IMG/VR virus record: IMGVR_UViG_3300025423_000009
Span: 53,948 to 117,947 of that record
Direction: 5' to 3' (one strand)
Source: a virus
Length of the DNA: 64,000 bases
A program made the translations under genes and the position numbers. Positions 27,107 through 36,479 of the stretch are shown in pieces. The stretch's first letter is position 1. Every line of letters begins with the position of its first letter. The notes below the pieces were generated by a model, which made no database searches, had not been told where the DNA came from, and worked only from the letters and a program-made list of their open reading frames with translations.

Positions 27107-28201
27107 CTATTGAGTTTCTCCGGACTGTGCCTCAACGTAGAGCTCGCGAATCATGGACTTCATGCGTTCCTTGTCCAGATCGGTCTCCACGGAATCTATG
27201 TAGGTGTTCAGGAGCTTGGATGTATCCTCCAAGTCAATCGCATCATCTTCGACCTGAGTTCCAGCAAACTCATCGAAGGATTCAACGATCTTGGGTTGCT
27301 CCAGTGGTCCCATGTCCTGAATTCGCTGAATGAACTTCTCGAACTGTTTGATGTTGGATCGCTTGACGACCACGACCTTGACGAACTTGTCACGAACCAT
27401 TTCCGTGTCCAGTGTTTCATTTGGATCAGACTTCGAGTCATCATAGATCAATCGACTGTACAAAGTCAGAGGATTTCTGATCTGTGAAAGCTCGCGAGTG
27501 GCCGTGTCGAGGACATGAAAATACTTAGGATCATTGCAGTCGGCCCAGGTTTGTTCCACCTGTGTACCCAAGTAGTAGATGTTGCCACGAGTCGACTTGG
27601 TGTGATAGTGACCAGAGAGGACCATCTCAAATCGCTTAAAAAGATCCGGATTCATGCCATGTGAGGCACCAGATTGACCTTTGGCCATCTCGAATCCAGC
27701 AAGCTCCAGATGTGACATTAGAATCGGAGCCGTGCACTTGGAAAGGAATTCGAGAAACTCATCACAATTGGATTCGGAGATCCATGGAAGGAAAGCAATG
27801 GGAAGGCCGTCAAATTCTTGAATTGTCGGCTTCTCGATGATCTTCACGTTCTCGATGTAATAGCCAAACATCTCACGAAGGGAGGATACGGCATTCGAGT
27901 TCTTGTAGTAAACATCATGATTGCCTGGAATGATCGTCATCGTCATTCCTCGCTCGGTCAATGGTTCAAGAAAACTCTTACGTGCATTATGCAAAGCCCG
28001 TATATTGATGCCACGGCGATTGTCGAAGTAGTCACCCAGATGAATCACGTGCTTGATTCCATGCCGATCACAGAATGGAAAGAATACTTTCGAAAAGAAT
28101 TGATTCAGATGATCCATGTACGGCTCAGAGCCGTTACGCAGATCGACGTGAGTGTCATTGATGATGGCGATTCGCATGATCTCAAACTTAATGTTTTGCA
28201 A
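27107..28201 (-). CDS. 47: Recombination nuclease gp47 (Mre11-like)
   Basis: INDTH, HLGDYFDNR, PGNHD, SHLE, SGHYH. The start may be the ATG at 28177. Confidence 0.96.
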   Translation of the reverse strand: MQNIKFEIMRIAIINDTHVDLRNGSEPYMDHLNQFFSKVFFPFCDRHGIKHVIHLGDYFDNRRGINIRALHNARKSFLEPLTERGMTMTIIPGNHDVYYKNSNAVSSLREMFGYYIENVKIIEKPTIQEFDGLPIAFLPWISESNCDEFLEFLSKCTAPILMSHLELAGFEMAKGQSGASHGMNPDLFKRFEMVLSGHYHTKSTRGNIYYLGTQVEQTWADCNDPKYFHVLDTATRELSQIRNPLTLYSRLIYDDSKSDPNETLDTEMVRDKFVKVVVVKRSNIKQFEKFIQRIQDMGPLEQPKIVESFDEFAGTQVEDDAIDLEDTSKLLNTYIDSVETDLDKERMKSMIRELYVEAQSGETQ

Positions 28202-28808
28202 GAAACATTTCGAGGGAGGACTTATCTTTCACGGCTTTCTTCTTGGCATTCTTCACCTTCTTGCTAAAGTCCTTGATTACCTTGTCACGAACATGTATCT
28301 GTTCGGCTCTATTGCGAATCCTTTCCACGATGCCTTCGCCGACCGCAGGACTTCCAGAGTCTCCATCACCCCAGTCGGCAAAGTTCTCGATTCCTGCATG
28401 TTCCATGTAGAGAGCCTTGATGTCCTGAACTCGCTTCTCCTTCTGAATGCGACGAATGAAAGCAAAGTAGCAGATCTGTGTGAAGTAGGCAAAAGCGTTG
28501 GGTAAGCCGGTACGAGTTCCGATGCTGACGTCGAAGTTGTTGATCGCACGAATACAGTTCTCGACCGCATCCATGACCATGTCTTCACGGTACGTGTATC
28601 GAATGAAATTGGGTTTATGTGAGAGCCCCTCGGAGATCTTCAGTAAGCACGATCCGATGTATTCCGTGATCGTAGGTTCCGGCTTACCGGCCTTCTTGGC
28701 TTTTGTGACCGACACGACGTAATCGACCACGGCCTTGGAAAACTCCGCGTTGTTGACGTAATGTGGTTTCTCTGAAGGCTTAAGCTTTCGAGGTGCGATA
28801 TCGTTCAT
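28188..28808 (-). CDS. 55: Late transcription sigma factor gp55
   Basis: HYVNN.EF, LSHKPNFIRYTYREDMV.DA.ENC, NAFAYFTQI...AF.RRI.KEK. Confidence 0.96.
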   Translation of the reverse strand: MNDIAPRKLKPSEKPHYVNNAEFSKAVVDYVVSVTKAKKAGKPEPTITEYIGSCLLKISEGLSHKPNFIRYTYREDMVMDAVENCIRAINNFDVSIGTRTGLPNAFAYFTQICYFAFIRRIQKEKRVQDIKALYMEHAGIENFADWGDGDSGSPAVGEGIVERIRNRAEQIHVRDKVIKDFSKKVKNAKKKAVKDKSSLEMFLAKH

Positions 28809-28815
28809 GTGAGAT

Positions 28816-28844
28816 AATGTATCATACCACTTTCATAAGTACAC
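28816..28844 (-). promoter_or_regulatory. Early promoter for gp55
   Basis: GTGTACT-16-TACATT (an alternative GTGGTATGAT is also present), 7 nt before the ATG. Confidence 0.55.
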
Positions 28845-28988
28845 AAAACTTTTACAATCAGCCATTGTAACTTAGAGTGACTCCGTCGTAACTATGTTGT
28901 GTACACACCAGTGTGGTACATGTACAATTGATCCAGACCTCAGCAGCAGTCAGGGAATAATCAAGGCAAGCTGGAACAGACTAAGGCT

Positions 28989-29426
28989 TCAGTTGAGATC
29001 AAATCTCTTCTGCTTGTTTAACTGATGCTTGAGCGAGGGACTGAGCGAAGGCATCTGTTGATTATTCGTGGAAGAGGAATCCTTGATGGCCTCCTGAAGC
29101 TCAGAGGGACTCAGATACTTCTGCAGATGAGTAAGAAGAAAGTACCGTGAGTAAGCGAACTTCTGATCAAATGTAGAATCAGACTCCGCAATGATGGAAT
29201 CCAGATTGACCTTAATCTGAGTTTGACTTCCAGGAATCCAGGGAACATACACGGTCTTCAGGCTCGATTCTACGACCATCTGACAGATCTGCAATGGTCT
29301 ATGGAGTATCACGTACGACTCAACCGAGTCTCGATGATTCTCCTCGGCCAGAATGACGGATCCATCGATCATGCGATAGACCTGAACGTTCAGGGAATCG
29401 ATGTACTGCTTAAGGTCCGCGGTCAT
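28989..29426 (-). CDS. Conserved T4-like hypothetical protein (Sm-like fold possible)
   Basis: Typical position between uvsW and gp55; beta-rich N-terminal half. Confidence 0.55.
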   Translation of the reverse strand: MTADLKQYIDSLNVQVYRMIDGSVILAEENHRDSVESYVILHRPLQICQMVVESSLKTVYVPWIPGSQTQIKVNLDSIIAESDSTFDQKFAYSRYFLLTHLQKYLSPSELQEAIKDSSSTNNQQMPSLSPSLKHQLNKQKRFDLN

Positions 29427-29434
29427 GAAAGTAT

Positions 29435-30355
29435 TTATGAGATCGGCACTTCATGCACCTCAAAGTCAAATTTCTCTTTCGTATAGATCTTGGCGCGCTC
29501 GATGCCGTGAGTCAGCGTGTAGTTCTTCTGGCCCTTTCTCGAGAGATCGTCGGCGATGTCGTATACGGTCGTTGAACGTTCATCCTTGGTCTTTCTGAGA
29601 CCACGGCCGATCGACTGAAGGACTCGCACCTGTGACTTGGTCGGAGAAGCAAAGACGATGTTGTGCAAATTCTTGATGTTGATTCCGGTCGAGAATGTAC
29701 CAAACGAGGCGATGATGACGGAGCCTTCCTCCTTCTCCACCAGGCCGCGGATCCGTTCACGCTCGTCGGCATCTACCTCTCCGGAGACGAAGTAGACTTT
29801 TCGCTTGGTGTCCTTCAGCTTCTTCTTGACGGCCTCGAAGAGAGGCTCTCCATGCTTCTCGACAAACTGATACAGAATCAGACTATTGCCCTTGAGATCC
29901 GCGACCAGGTTCGTGATGAAGCGATTGCGTGGCTCATATGACGTCAGAAAGTCGAGCTCGTCCTGATAATCGAGGGAATCGTGCTCCTTGCGAATTGCCT
30001 CGGGATACTTCAGCACGAGCATGTGAATCTTCAACTGAGCCAGAACATCCGCGTCGATGAGCTCATGTGTTGTCGTCACCTGATAGGTCGGACCGAAGCA
30101 TCCTTCGAGCACCAGCTTATTGACCTTGGCATCCTCACCTCCCGGAAGCGTACCGGTCGTTCCGATGCGGAACCAAGCGTTCTTGAGCCAGCTCATGATC
30201 TTGGTCAGTGAAACGGCCTTGAACAGATGTGCCTCATCGCCAAAGACACCACCGAACTGCTCGAACCACTTGGGCCCCATGGTAACGGCCGACTGCCAGG
30301 TCGTGATGATCACCGGTGGATCTACTTCTACTTTTTCAATCTTTCGAATTTTCAT
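29435..30355 (-). CDS. uvsW: UvsW helicase, C-terminal fragment
   Basis: TTWQS, GDEAH, GTTGT, FSTGINIKNLH, QSIGRGLR. Confidence 0.93.
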   Translation of the reverse strand: MKIRKIEKVEVDPPVIITTWQSAVTMGPKWFEQFGGVFGDEAHLFKAVSLTKIMSWLKNAWFRIGTTGTLPGGEDAKVNKLVLEGCFGPTYQVTTTHELIDADVLAQLKIHMLVLKYPEAIRKEHDSLDYQDELDFLTSYEPRNRFITNLVADLKGNSLILYQFVEKHGEPLFEAVKKKLKDTKRKVYFVSGEVDADERERIRGLVEKEEGSVIIASFGTFSTGINIKNLHNIVFASPTKSQVRVLQSIGRGLRKTKDERSTTVYDIADDLSRKGQKNYTLTHGIERAKIYTKEKFDFEVHEVPIS

Positions 30356-30550
30356 AGAATACTCTACCTAATTTCCAGATCGAAACATCAATTGTTTCAG
30401 GTTTCATAAGTTTTGAAATTATATCAAATCATCTTTTAACGTAAGGTCTTTCGCTTTCTTCTCACCAAAACGTGTTGATACTATATCATTCGGTGATAGT
30501 ATTCTAATTGAACCATCTTCCAAAAAAACCTTTACTTTTTCTTTTTTAGG
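30320..30550 (-). mobile_element. Degenerate split-intein remnant
   Basis: KVKVFLEDGSIRILSPNDIVSTRFGEKKAKDL..DDL resembles the Hint block-B region; MKIRKIEKVEVD resembles the first strand of IntC; AT-rich. Confidence 0.65.
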
Positions 30551-31177
30551 ATCTTTATCTTCTCCACCCATCAAAATGCTTATTGAAGAGTCAGCGTCGA
30601 AAGATGCATCTTCAGATGAATAATTTGAAAAATCATTTTGCATTTGAAGAACTAAACTTCGGGTAGGAACGATGACGATTGCCTTCTTCGAAGAACCTTT
30701 GAGATGATTCAGATACCATCGTAGAAGCTGATAGATGATCAGAGACTTACCAGAACCGGTCGGGGAAACCAGAAGGATCTTCTGAAGCTTGATCGCACGA
30801 TCTATGGCATCTTTCTGGTAATCCCTTAGCTCGAGCGGCTTATCGTCCGCCCCGGTGGCCGCATAAAGGCCTTCAGACGCTTCGGATTCAGCTTCTGAGA
30901 GGTCGGGAAGCCACAGCCCTGGTGCCAGTTCAAGTTCGTGTTTCCGTGAGTCCGCGTACTTCTGAAGGTGATGGAGCAGACCGGCCGGAAGAGTCTGATT
31001 ACGAAGATTGAACAAATGTATACGCCCATCCCATTGCCGACGCTTGAAGGCCGGAGAGAACTGATATCCGGCCGCAAAGAACGAGAAGAACTCAGATAGC
31101 TCCTGAAGGACTCCGGAATCCTCACAGGTCACGCGAAGGTGTGCCTGATCGATCGAATTGACGTGTATGATGGCCAT
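30419..31177 (-). CDS. uvsW: UvsW helicase, N-terminal fragment with an intein-like tail
   Basis: WDGRIHLF, LRDYQ, SPTGSGKS, IVPTRSLV.Q; the last 43 aa are non-helicase sequence. Confidence 0.93.
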   Translation of the reverse strand: MAIIHVNSIDQAHLRVTCEDSGVLQELSEFFSFFAAGYQFSPAFKRRQWDGRIHLFNLRNQTLPAGLLHHLQKYADSRKHELELAPGLWLPDLSEAESEASEGLYAATGADDKPLELRDYQKDAIDRAIKLQKILLVSPTGSGKSLIIYQLLRWYLNHLKGSSKKAIVIVPTRSLVLQMQNDFSNYSSEDASFDADSSISILMGGEDKDPKKEKVKVFLEDGSIRILSPNDIVSTRFGEKKAKDLTLKDDLI

Positions 31178-31187
31178 GTAGTATTTA

Positions 31188-31637
31188 TTAGCACCCGGCC
31201 GTAAACTTTCGAAAGTCCAGAACGTTCTTGATGTGCTGATGCCTCCAGCGAAGTGTATCGAGAATCTCCGTCAGAACGTCCACGCCGGTCTGAAAGTATG
31301 TTTTCTTGTCGAGCGCCACACGTAAATCCGAATCCGCGTCGACGTAGGTTTCCAGATCCGAGCGAAGAGGCTTCGAGGCACCTTTGAATGGATCGTACGG
31401 CCACTTGCGCTCGTCCATCTCCTCCTGTGTCATCTTGCCGGTGTAGTATAGCCACTTGGCATGACGAAGCTCGGACAGCTTGGATTCTGTGGTACGAAGC
31501 TTGAGCTTAAACTCCGTGAGGTATGCCAGGTACTTGGCATGAATCTTGGCGAACTTGAGGGTCGAGTCGTCCAATGCCAGAGAGTCAAGTTGACAATCGG
31601 ATTCCCATTCCTTGATGATGTCTTCAACGGTAATCAT
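31188..31637 (-). CDS. uvsY: UvsY recombination mediator
   Basis: WESD...HAKYL...KWLYYTGK...PYDP...D.D; adjacent to uvsW. Confidence 0.92.
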   Translation of the reverse strand: MITVEDIIKEWESDCQLDSLALDDSTLKFAKIHAKYLAYLTEFKLKLRTTESKLSELRHAKWLYYTGKMTQEEMDERKWPYDPFKGASKPLRSDLETYVDADSDLRVALDKKTYFQTGVDVLTEILDTLRWRHQHIKNVLDFRKFTAGC

Positions 31638-31673
31638 AATGTAATCTGAAATTATTTATACCTGTACAGGGTG

Positions 31674-32144
31674 CTACACGAGCACATTGAAGTAGTTGAA
31701 TCGCAGAGTCAGATCACAGGGCAGATATTGAATCGTCTGTGCCTGTGTGTCAAACTGAAGCTCACCGATCGTGGTCGGAAAGGCGTCATGAAACTGAAAC
31801 TGGCGATTTATCGTATTCTTCGAAGAAAGAACCGACAGAATCACATCCGTACGAAGAGGCTGACCAGATGTGGTCGCATTTGTTTGAAGCCAATTGAGCG
31901 CTTCCACATAATTGCTCATGTTCTCATCGACCATGAACTTTACACGAAGAGTCTCATATGTGATTGTTTCTCCAGGAAAATAAGCCGATTGATTGTGATA
32001 GTTTTCCTTGACTTCTCCCATGCTCAATGAAGGAATATTCACGGATGTGCAAAAATACTCAATGTTTGTAAATTTGGGATTCTGAATTGTCAGCTTAAAG
32101 TTAACCTGCTGCAGGAAATTCAGATTGGTCGTCAGCGAATTCAT
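31674..32144 (-). CDS. 3: Tail tube terminator gp3
   Basis: NFL....FKL...EYFC.SVNIP...PG....YE.L.VKF.VDENM.NY. Confidence 0.85.
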   Translation of the reverse strand: MNSLTTNLNFLQQVNFKLTIQNPKFTNIEYFCTSVNIPSLSMGEVKENYHNQSAYFPGETITYETLRVKFMVDENMSNYVEALNWLQTNATTSGQPLRTDVILSVLSSKNTINRQFQFHDAFPTTIGELQFDTQAQTIQYLPCDLTLRFNYFNVLV

Positions 32145-32220
32145 TGATGTTTATTTATGGACAAGAAAAAACCGCAGTCCCCTTTCGAGGACTGCGGTCA
32201 TGATAGCGAAGCTAATCAGC

Positions 32221-33816
32221 TTAGCTTGTAGCAGCCTGAACGCCGCGGAGACTGATATTACGCACATTAAATGTTCTGTAATAAAAGTTGCCACGATCGT
32301 TGCCGTTCTGAGCACCAGCCGCCGCCGGATTGATCTGCTGAACGAACGGATTCGCGACCACGCCGTAACGCGTTTTGAAGGCGATACGAGGTTGGAAGGA
32401 AGCCGGATCGATCGCGCGGACCATGGTGAGCGGAACGTAAGGCGCATAGAAGATACCAGCGTCGTACGGATTCGTGCCACGATAGCCGACCGTGATGTAG
32501 TCCGTGAAGGTATACGGATCGATGTACACCTTGATGCGACCATTCAACACACCAGCAAAGGTGTTACCCGTGTCGTCGACTTCGAGCTTCGAGCTCAGAG
32601 CCGGCGCGTAGTCCAGAGAGCCAGCCGCGGCCAGAGCCGAGGCTACGTTGGACGAGCAGAGGATGAAGTTACCCTTGCCACGGCGAGTTTCCTTGGCGAT
32701 CTGATTCGCTTCGAGCTCAATCGCCATGTGAAGGCTCTTGTACCGTTCCGCGGCCCAGCGACCATCCGCGTCCGTGCGGACGTCGTAAACACCAGGCGTG
32801 GTGTAGTTGAAGCGAGCGCCGAGGACGGCTTTCGCATTGATCGTTTCAATGATTTCACGATTGATTTCGAACAGGATCTCCGAGGAGAGGATGTTCGCCA
32901 GCTCGGATTCCGCATCGAGACCATGAACGGCCTTGAGATCCTGAGCGAGTTCCATCGTGTAGCTCGCCTTGAGCGCGCGAGTATTCGCGGTCACGACGGT
33001 CTTTTCGATGTCAAAGCCCATCGTAGCGAAGTCTTGATTACCGCTGGTACCAAGCAATTCGCCGGTCGCCGTAGGCAAAGCCTGACCGACCTGATACGGA
33101 GCCGTACCAGCATAGGCTTGATTACCCGAGAACGCCGAGGTGATCGGAGCCAGGTTCGCAAACAACACGGTTGAAGCCGAACTCAAGGTCGAGACCAATG
33201 CCGTGTCAATCGTAACCACACCAGAGTTAGTGGTAACGGATGCAACACGAGTGCCAGGAACGACGCCCTGAGCGATCACCAAATCGCCGACCGCAAGGCC
33301 CGCGAGAGGAGTCGCCGTCAACGTGATGGTCGTAGAACCGGCCGTTGAGGTCGCATTGCTGATCGTACCATTGTAGTACGAGGACTGAGAGGCCGTCGAA
33401 GAGCCAGCCACGGAAGGCTGATTCGAAGTCGTGCCTTGAACGCCGCCATAGAGCGAGTCGTCACCGGCCGCAACGGTCTGACCGGAGGTCGTGCTCAACG
33501 CGGAGGTGTATTTCGGCTTGAGCGCGAAGATCAGACCGGTAGGTCCGCTCATCGGCTGAACGCCGGCGATATCGTAGGCGATCAAGTTCGGCATCGCGCG
33601 GCGCACGAGGGAGATCAAGATCGGATCGAAGTTTTGAATCGCACCGGTGCCCATGTCGGCTTCGGCGAGCATCGAGCGCTCTTCTTTGAGAGCCTTCTGC
33701 TGGTTTTCGAGCAATGCGGCCGTGACGGACCGGCGATAGTTATCCTTAAATGCAGGAGCTTCCGCGTGATCCAACACCGCTGCCCATTTTTGTTCGGACT
33801 GTTCGGTATTAAACAT
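32221..33816 (-). CDS. 23: Major capsid protein gp23 with a Ser/Thr-rich inserted domain
   Basis: DPILISLVRRAMPNLIAYD..GVQPM.GPTGLIFA, ELAQDLKAVHGLDAE.EL, FQPRIAFKTRYG. Confidence 0.98.
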   Translation of the reverse strand: MFNTEQSEQKWAAVLDHAEAPAFKDNYRRSVTAALLENQQKALKEERSMLAEADMGTGAIQNFDPILISLVRRAMPNLIAYDIAGVQPMSGPTGLIFALKPKYTSALSTTSGQTVAAGDDSLYGGVQGTTSNQPSVAGSSTASQSSYYNGTISNATSTAGSTTITLTATPLAGLAVGDLVIAQGVVPGTRVASVTTNSGVVTIDTALVSTLSSASTVLFANLAPITSAFSGNQAYAGTAPYQVGQALPTATGELLGTSGNQDFATMGFDIEKTVVTANTRALKASYTMELAQDLKAVHGLDAESELANILSSEILFEINREIIETINAKAVLGARFNYTTPGVYDVRTDADGRWAAERYKSLHMAIELEANQIAKETRRGKGNFILCSSNVASALAAAGSLDYAPALSSKLEVDDTGNTFAGVLNGRIKVYIDPYTFTDYITVGYRGTNPYDAGIFYAPYVPLTMVRAIDPASFQPRIAFKTRYGVVANPFVQQINPAAAGAQNGNDRGNFYYRTFNVRNISLRGVQAATS

Positions 33817-33849
33817 ACTTTCTTTTTGTTATGGTTGGGGGTTATTCTC

Positions 33850-34965
33850 TCACCGACGATTCGGATTATTGCGTTCAGCACGAGAGATAGCACTGACGTA
33901 ACGTTTCATGTCATCTGGCAATGTAGCCATGGAATCTTCTTGACCCTCGATGATTATCGTACCCGAATTAACTACTTTCTGTGGTTTCACGTTCGCCTTC
34001 ACGATGGAAGACGGCGCTGACTGAGGAGCCTTGCCAGAGAAGTACGACTCCTTGATCGTGGTCACCTTCTTCGAGAAGGCTTCCGCGGATTCAAAGATGA
34101 CGTCCTTGGTGAGCTCCGTTAAACGAGAGGCCTGAGTGGTCGCCAATCCCTTCGACGCTTCCGCGAGAATGGACTTGCGCATCAACTTCTCGTTCTGAAC
34201 TTTCACGGATTCAACGAGCTGATCATTCTGCTTCACTTGCTCCTGAAGCTCGACAATGCGAGAGTTCAATGATTCCACCAAGTCCTTGTCGGCCTTGGGA
34301 ACCTCGATGTAGCTCTCGGCAAACACGTTCTTCAGAGAGGTGATGAAGCCTTCGGCGATCTCCGTGCGAAGGGTCGAGTCGACGGCGACTTGATTCTCCT
34401 TCATCCAGGATTCGACGACGTACATGAGGTACGAGTCGACCTGTTCGGTGACCGTGTTCATGATCTGCTCGGCTTTCTCGGACAACTTGATCTGATATCC
34501 TTCATGGAGCTGCTTACGAGCCAAGCGAACTTTGCTCTTAACGGCCGCTTCGAAGATCGTCTTGGCCTTGGACTTGAAACCTTCCGTGAGGTTGGCTTCA
34601 CCGTTCATCAGTGCCGTGACGTCCTCTTCCATGTCGACTTGATCCACGTCGACTTCAGCTTCTTCAGCTTCGTCTCCCTCTTCATGCTCTTCCGTGCTTC
34701 CACAGGTGCATTCGCCGTCACAGGTACAGGTACATTCTTTGTCCTCTTCTCCGTGAGTTTCCGAGTTGGAATCACCGTTCTCGTCATCGAGCTTCTCAGC
34801 TTCGTCTTTCGAGACGGGTTCCTCTTCCGTGATTGGACCAGGAGCGTGTGCGATCGGAGCTTTAGCATGCGGCGCGGCCGCAATTGCCTTCTCCATATCT
34901 TTAACGCTCTGATCCATGCTCTCGATCGATTCCTCGATCTTCTTTTGGTTTTTCTTCGTGGCCAT
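33850..34965 (-). CDS. 22: Prohead core scaffold gp22
   Basis: Acidic N-terminus, FKSKAKTIFEAAV, VDSYL.YV.E.W..EN. Confidence 0.93.
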   Translation of the reverse strand: MATKKNQKKIEESIESMDQSVKDMEKAIAAAPHAKAPIAHAPGPITEEEPVSKDEAEKLDDENGDSNSETHGEEDKECTCTCDGECTCGSTEEHEEGDEAEEAEVDVDQVDMEEDVTALMNGEANLTEGFKSKAKTIFEAAVKSKVRLARKQLHEGYQIKLSEKAEQIMNTVTEQVDSYLMYVVESWMKENQVAVDSTLRTEIAEGFITSLKNVFAESYIEVPKADKDLVESLNSRIVELQEQVKQNDQLVESVKVQNEKLMRKSILAEASKGLATTQASRLTELTKDVIFESAEAFSKKVTTIKESYFSGKAPQSAPSSIVKANVKPQKVVNSGTIIIEGQEDSMATLPDDMKRYVSAISRAERNNPNRR

Positions 34966-35096
34966 CTTCTTCAATGTTTGTTGGAGAGGAAGCCCCGAAG
35001 GGACCTCAGTCTCATACTATTCAATCTCGATCGAGCAAACAGGCTCGCTTCGAGTACCCATACCAATAACTCCCTGACGTATCAGGAGAGATTCTG

Positions 35097-35759
35097 TTAG
35101 CTGATATCCCGAAGGAATTGCTCAAATGATTTGATCTGAGCTTCAGCGTAAAATTCTTTGCTTCGTGTCTGACGGATTTTCTTCAACGACTCGTTCATTC
35201 GATCGACTTTGTTGGCAACGTACTGTTTTCCATCAAACACCCAGTCAACCGATTCCATGATTCCCTCGACGAAGGCCGAGGGAGCCGAGGGATCCTGAAC
35301 AATGTCGACCGTGGCCAGACTATAATCTGGCTTCACGTAGGTCTTACCTGCGCGGGATTCAACTGAACCCATGCCGCGAGAGGACACTCCAAGTTTCACT
35401 CCACCATCCAATAGGCCCTTGACGATCTGTCCCATCGGAGTGTTGAGAATCAGTGCCTTGCCATACACATCATCTCCGTTCCAGTTCAATTCCGTGATGC
35501 GATGTGACACTTTATCCAGATTGATCGTGGGACCGTCCGGGTGATTTAGTTCACCTACCGCACGGCCAGTCGACACCTGCTCGGCGACGAAACGACTGAC
35601 GGCCTCACGGAGTACGGAACGAGGATAGATTCGATTATTTCGATTCTGCTTCTCGGCCTGCATGAAAACGCCTTCCAAGAAGTACTTCTTCTCGGTGCCG
35701 GCACTTTCAATGAGAGGCTTGATGCCGTTCTCGTTATACTCCGTGATGAGTAAAGCCAT
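35097..35759 (-). CDS. 21: Prohead protease gp21
   Basis: GVFMQAE..NRN.RIYP, GELNHP, HRI, GVSSRG.GS, DIV.DPSAP.A.V. Confidence 0.97.
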   Translation of the reverse strand: MALLITEYNENGIKPLIESAGTEKKYFLEGVFMQAEKQNRNNRIYPRSVLREAVSRFVAEQVSTGRAVGELNHPDGPTINLDKVSHRITELNWNGDDVYGKALILNTPMGQIVKGLLDGGVKLGVSSRGMGSVESRAGKTYVKPDYSLATVDIVQDPSAPSAFVEGIMESVDWVFDGKQYVANKVDRMNESLKKIRQTRSKEFYAEAQIKSFEQFLRDIS

Positions 35760-35765
35760 AATTTC

Positions 35766-36275
35766 TTATTCCAATTTCCGCTGTTTTCTCTTTTCCCAGG
35801 CCAATCGCATTTTTGCTCTAGACTCTTCTGATCTTTTAGATCCAATATGTGCGACTCTCGTTTTCTCTATAGACTCAGGAGAAAGTTTATAACGTTGTCG
35901 AGCCATGCTCATTTTAGCTCTAGTTTCTCGTGAATGCTTTCTTCCAATTGCTTTAGCCCTAATTTTTTCTTTAGTTTTAGCAGAATGAGTATAATTCCAT
36001 CCTCGGGCTCCTGCATTATTATTATGCTGATTATAAAAATCCATACTGCCAGCAGCATCAACTGCTAATAAAATTTTAGTCTCAAGAGCAGCCATTTTTT
36101 CTTTACTGCCTGTGGCAATTATGTATCTTTCGAAATTATCAGGATTATTATAATAATCTTTCAAAAAAACTTTGCTTGAACAAATATATCCATCATTTAA
36201 TGCCCCAGTATGATACCCCACGTATAGTCTATTATCTATTTTATTCCTCCAAGAATAGACGAAAGATTGGTTCAT
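35766..36275 (-). mobile_element. Free-standing GIY-YIG homing endonuclease with NUMOD3-like repeats
   Basis: VYSWRN.....YVGYH..., Y.CSS, E...YN; HS.ETR.KMS repeats; AT-rich. Confidence 0.85.
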
Positions 36276-36277
36276 TG

Positions 36278-36448
36278 TTACTTAGATTCGACCGTAGGGT
36301 TATTGAAAACCTGATCGACCAGAGCCAGCTTGCGAACTTCCAACGCCGCGATTGCCTTCTCGGCCAATCCACGTTGAAAAGCTTGCTCGGCCTGTTCGGT
36401 ATTGCCGGCAATGACCGCATGAACAAAAGTTTCGGCGTGTTTATTCAT
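36278..36448 (-). CDS. 67: Prohead core protein gp67-like (56 aa)
   Basis: Manual translation MNKHAETFVHAVIAGNTEQAEQAFQRGLAEKAIAALEVRKLALVDQVF; lies immediately after the portal gene. Confidence 0.75.
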   Translation of the reverse strand: MNKHAETFVHAVIAGNTEQAEQAFQRGLAEKAIAALEVRKLALVDQVFNNPTVESK

Positions 36449-36458
36449 CTTAAAGGTT

Positions 36459-36466
36459 TATTTATA
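36459..36466 (-). promoter_or_regulatory. T4-type late promoter
   Basis: TATAAATA. Confidence 0.7.
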
Positions 36467-36479
36467 CGATTTGTGATTT

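Noticed and set aside
30356-30421. Stop-codon readthrough or recoding joining the uvsW halves
   Set aside because: The halves are in the same frame, but the gap holds TAA, TGA and TAG; other genes use all three stops normally.
36241-36426. 61-aa ORF from the track as gp68
   Set aside because: Wrong frame; the overlapping 36278-36448 frame gives a gp67-like protein.
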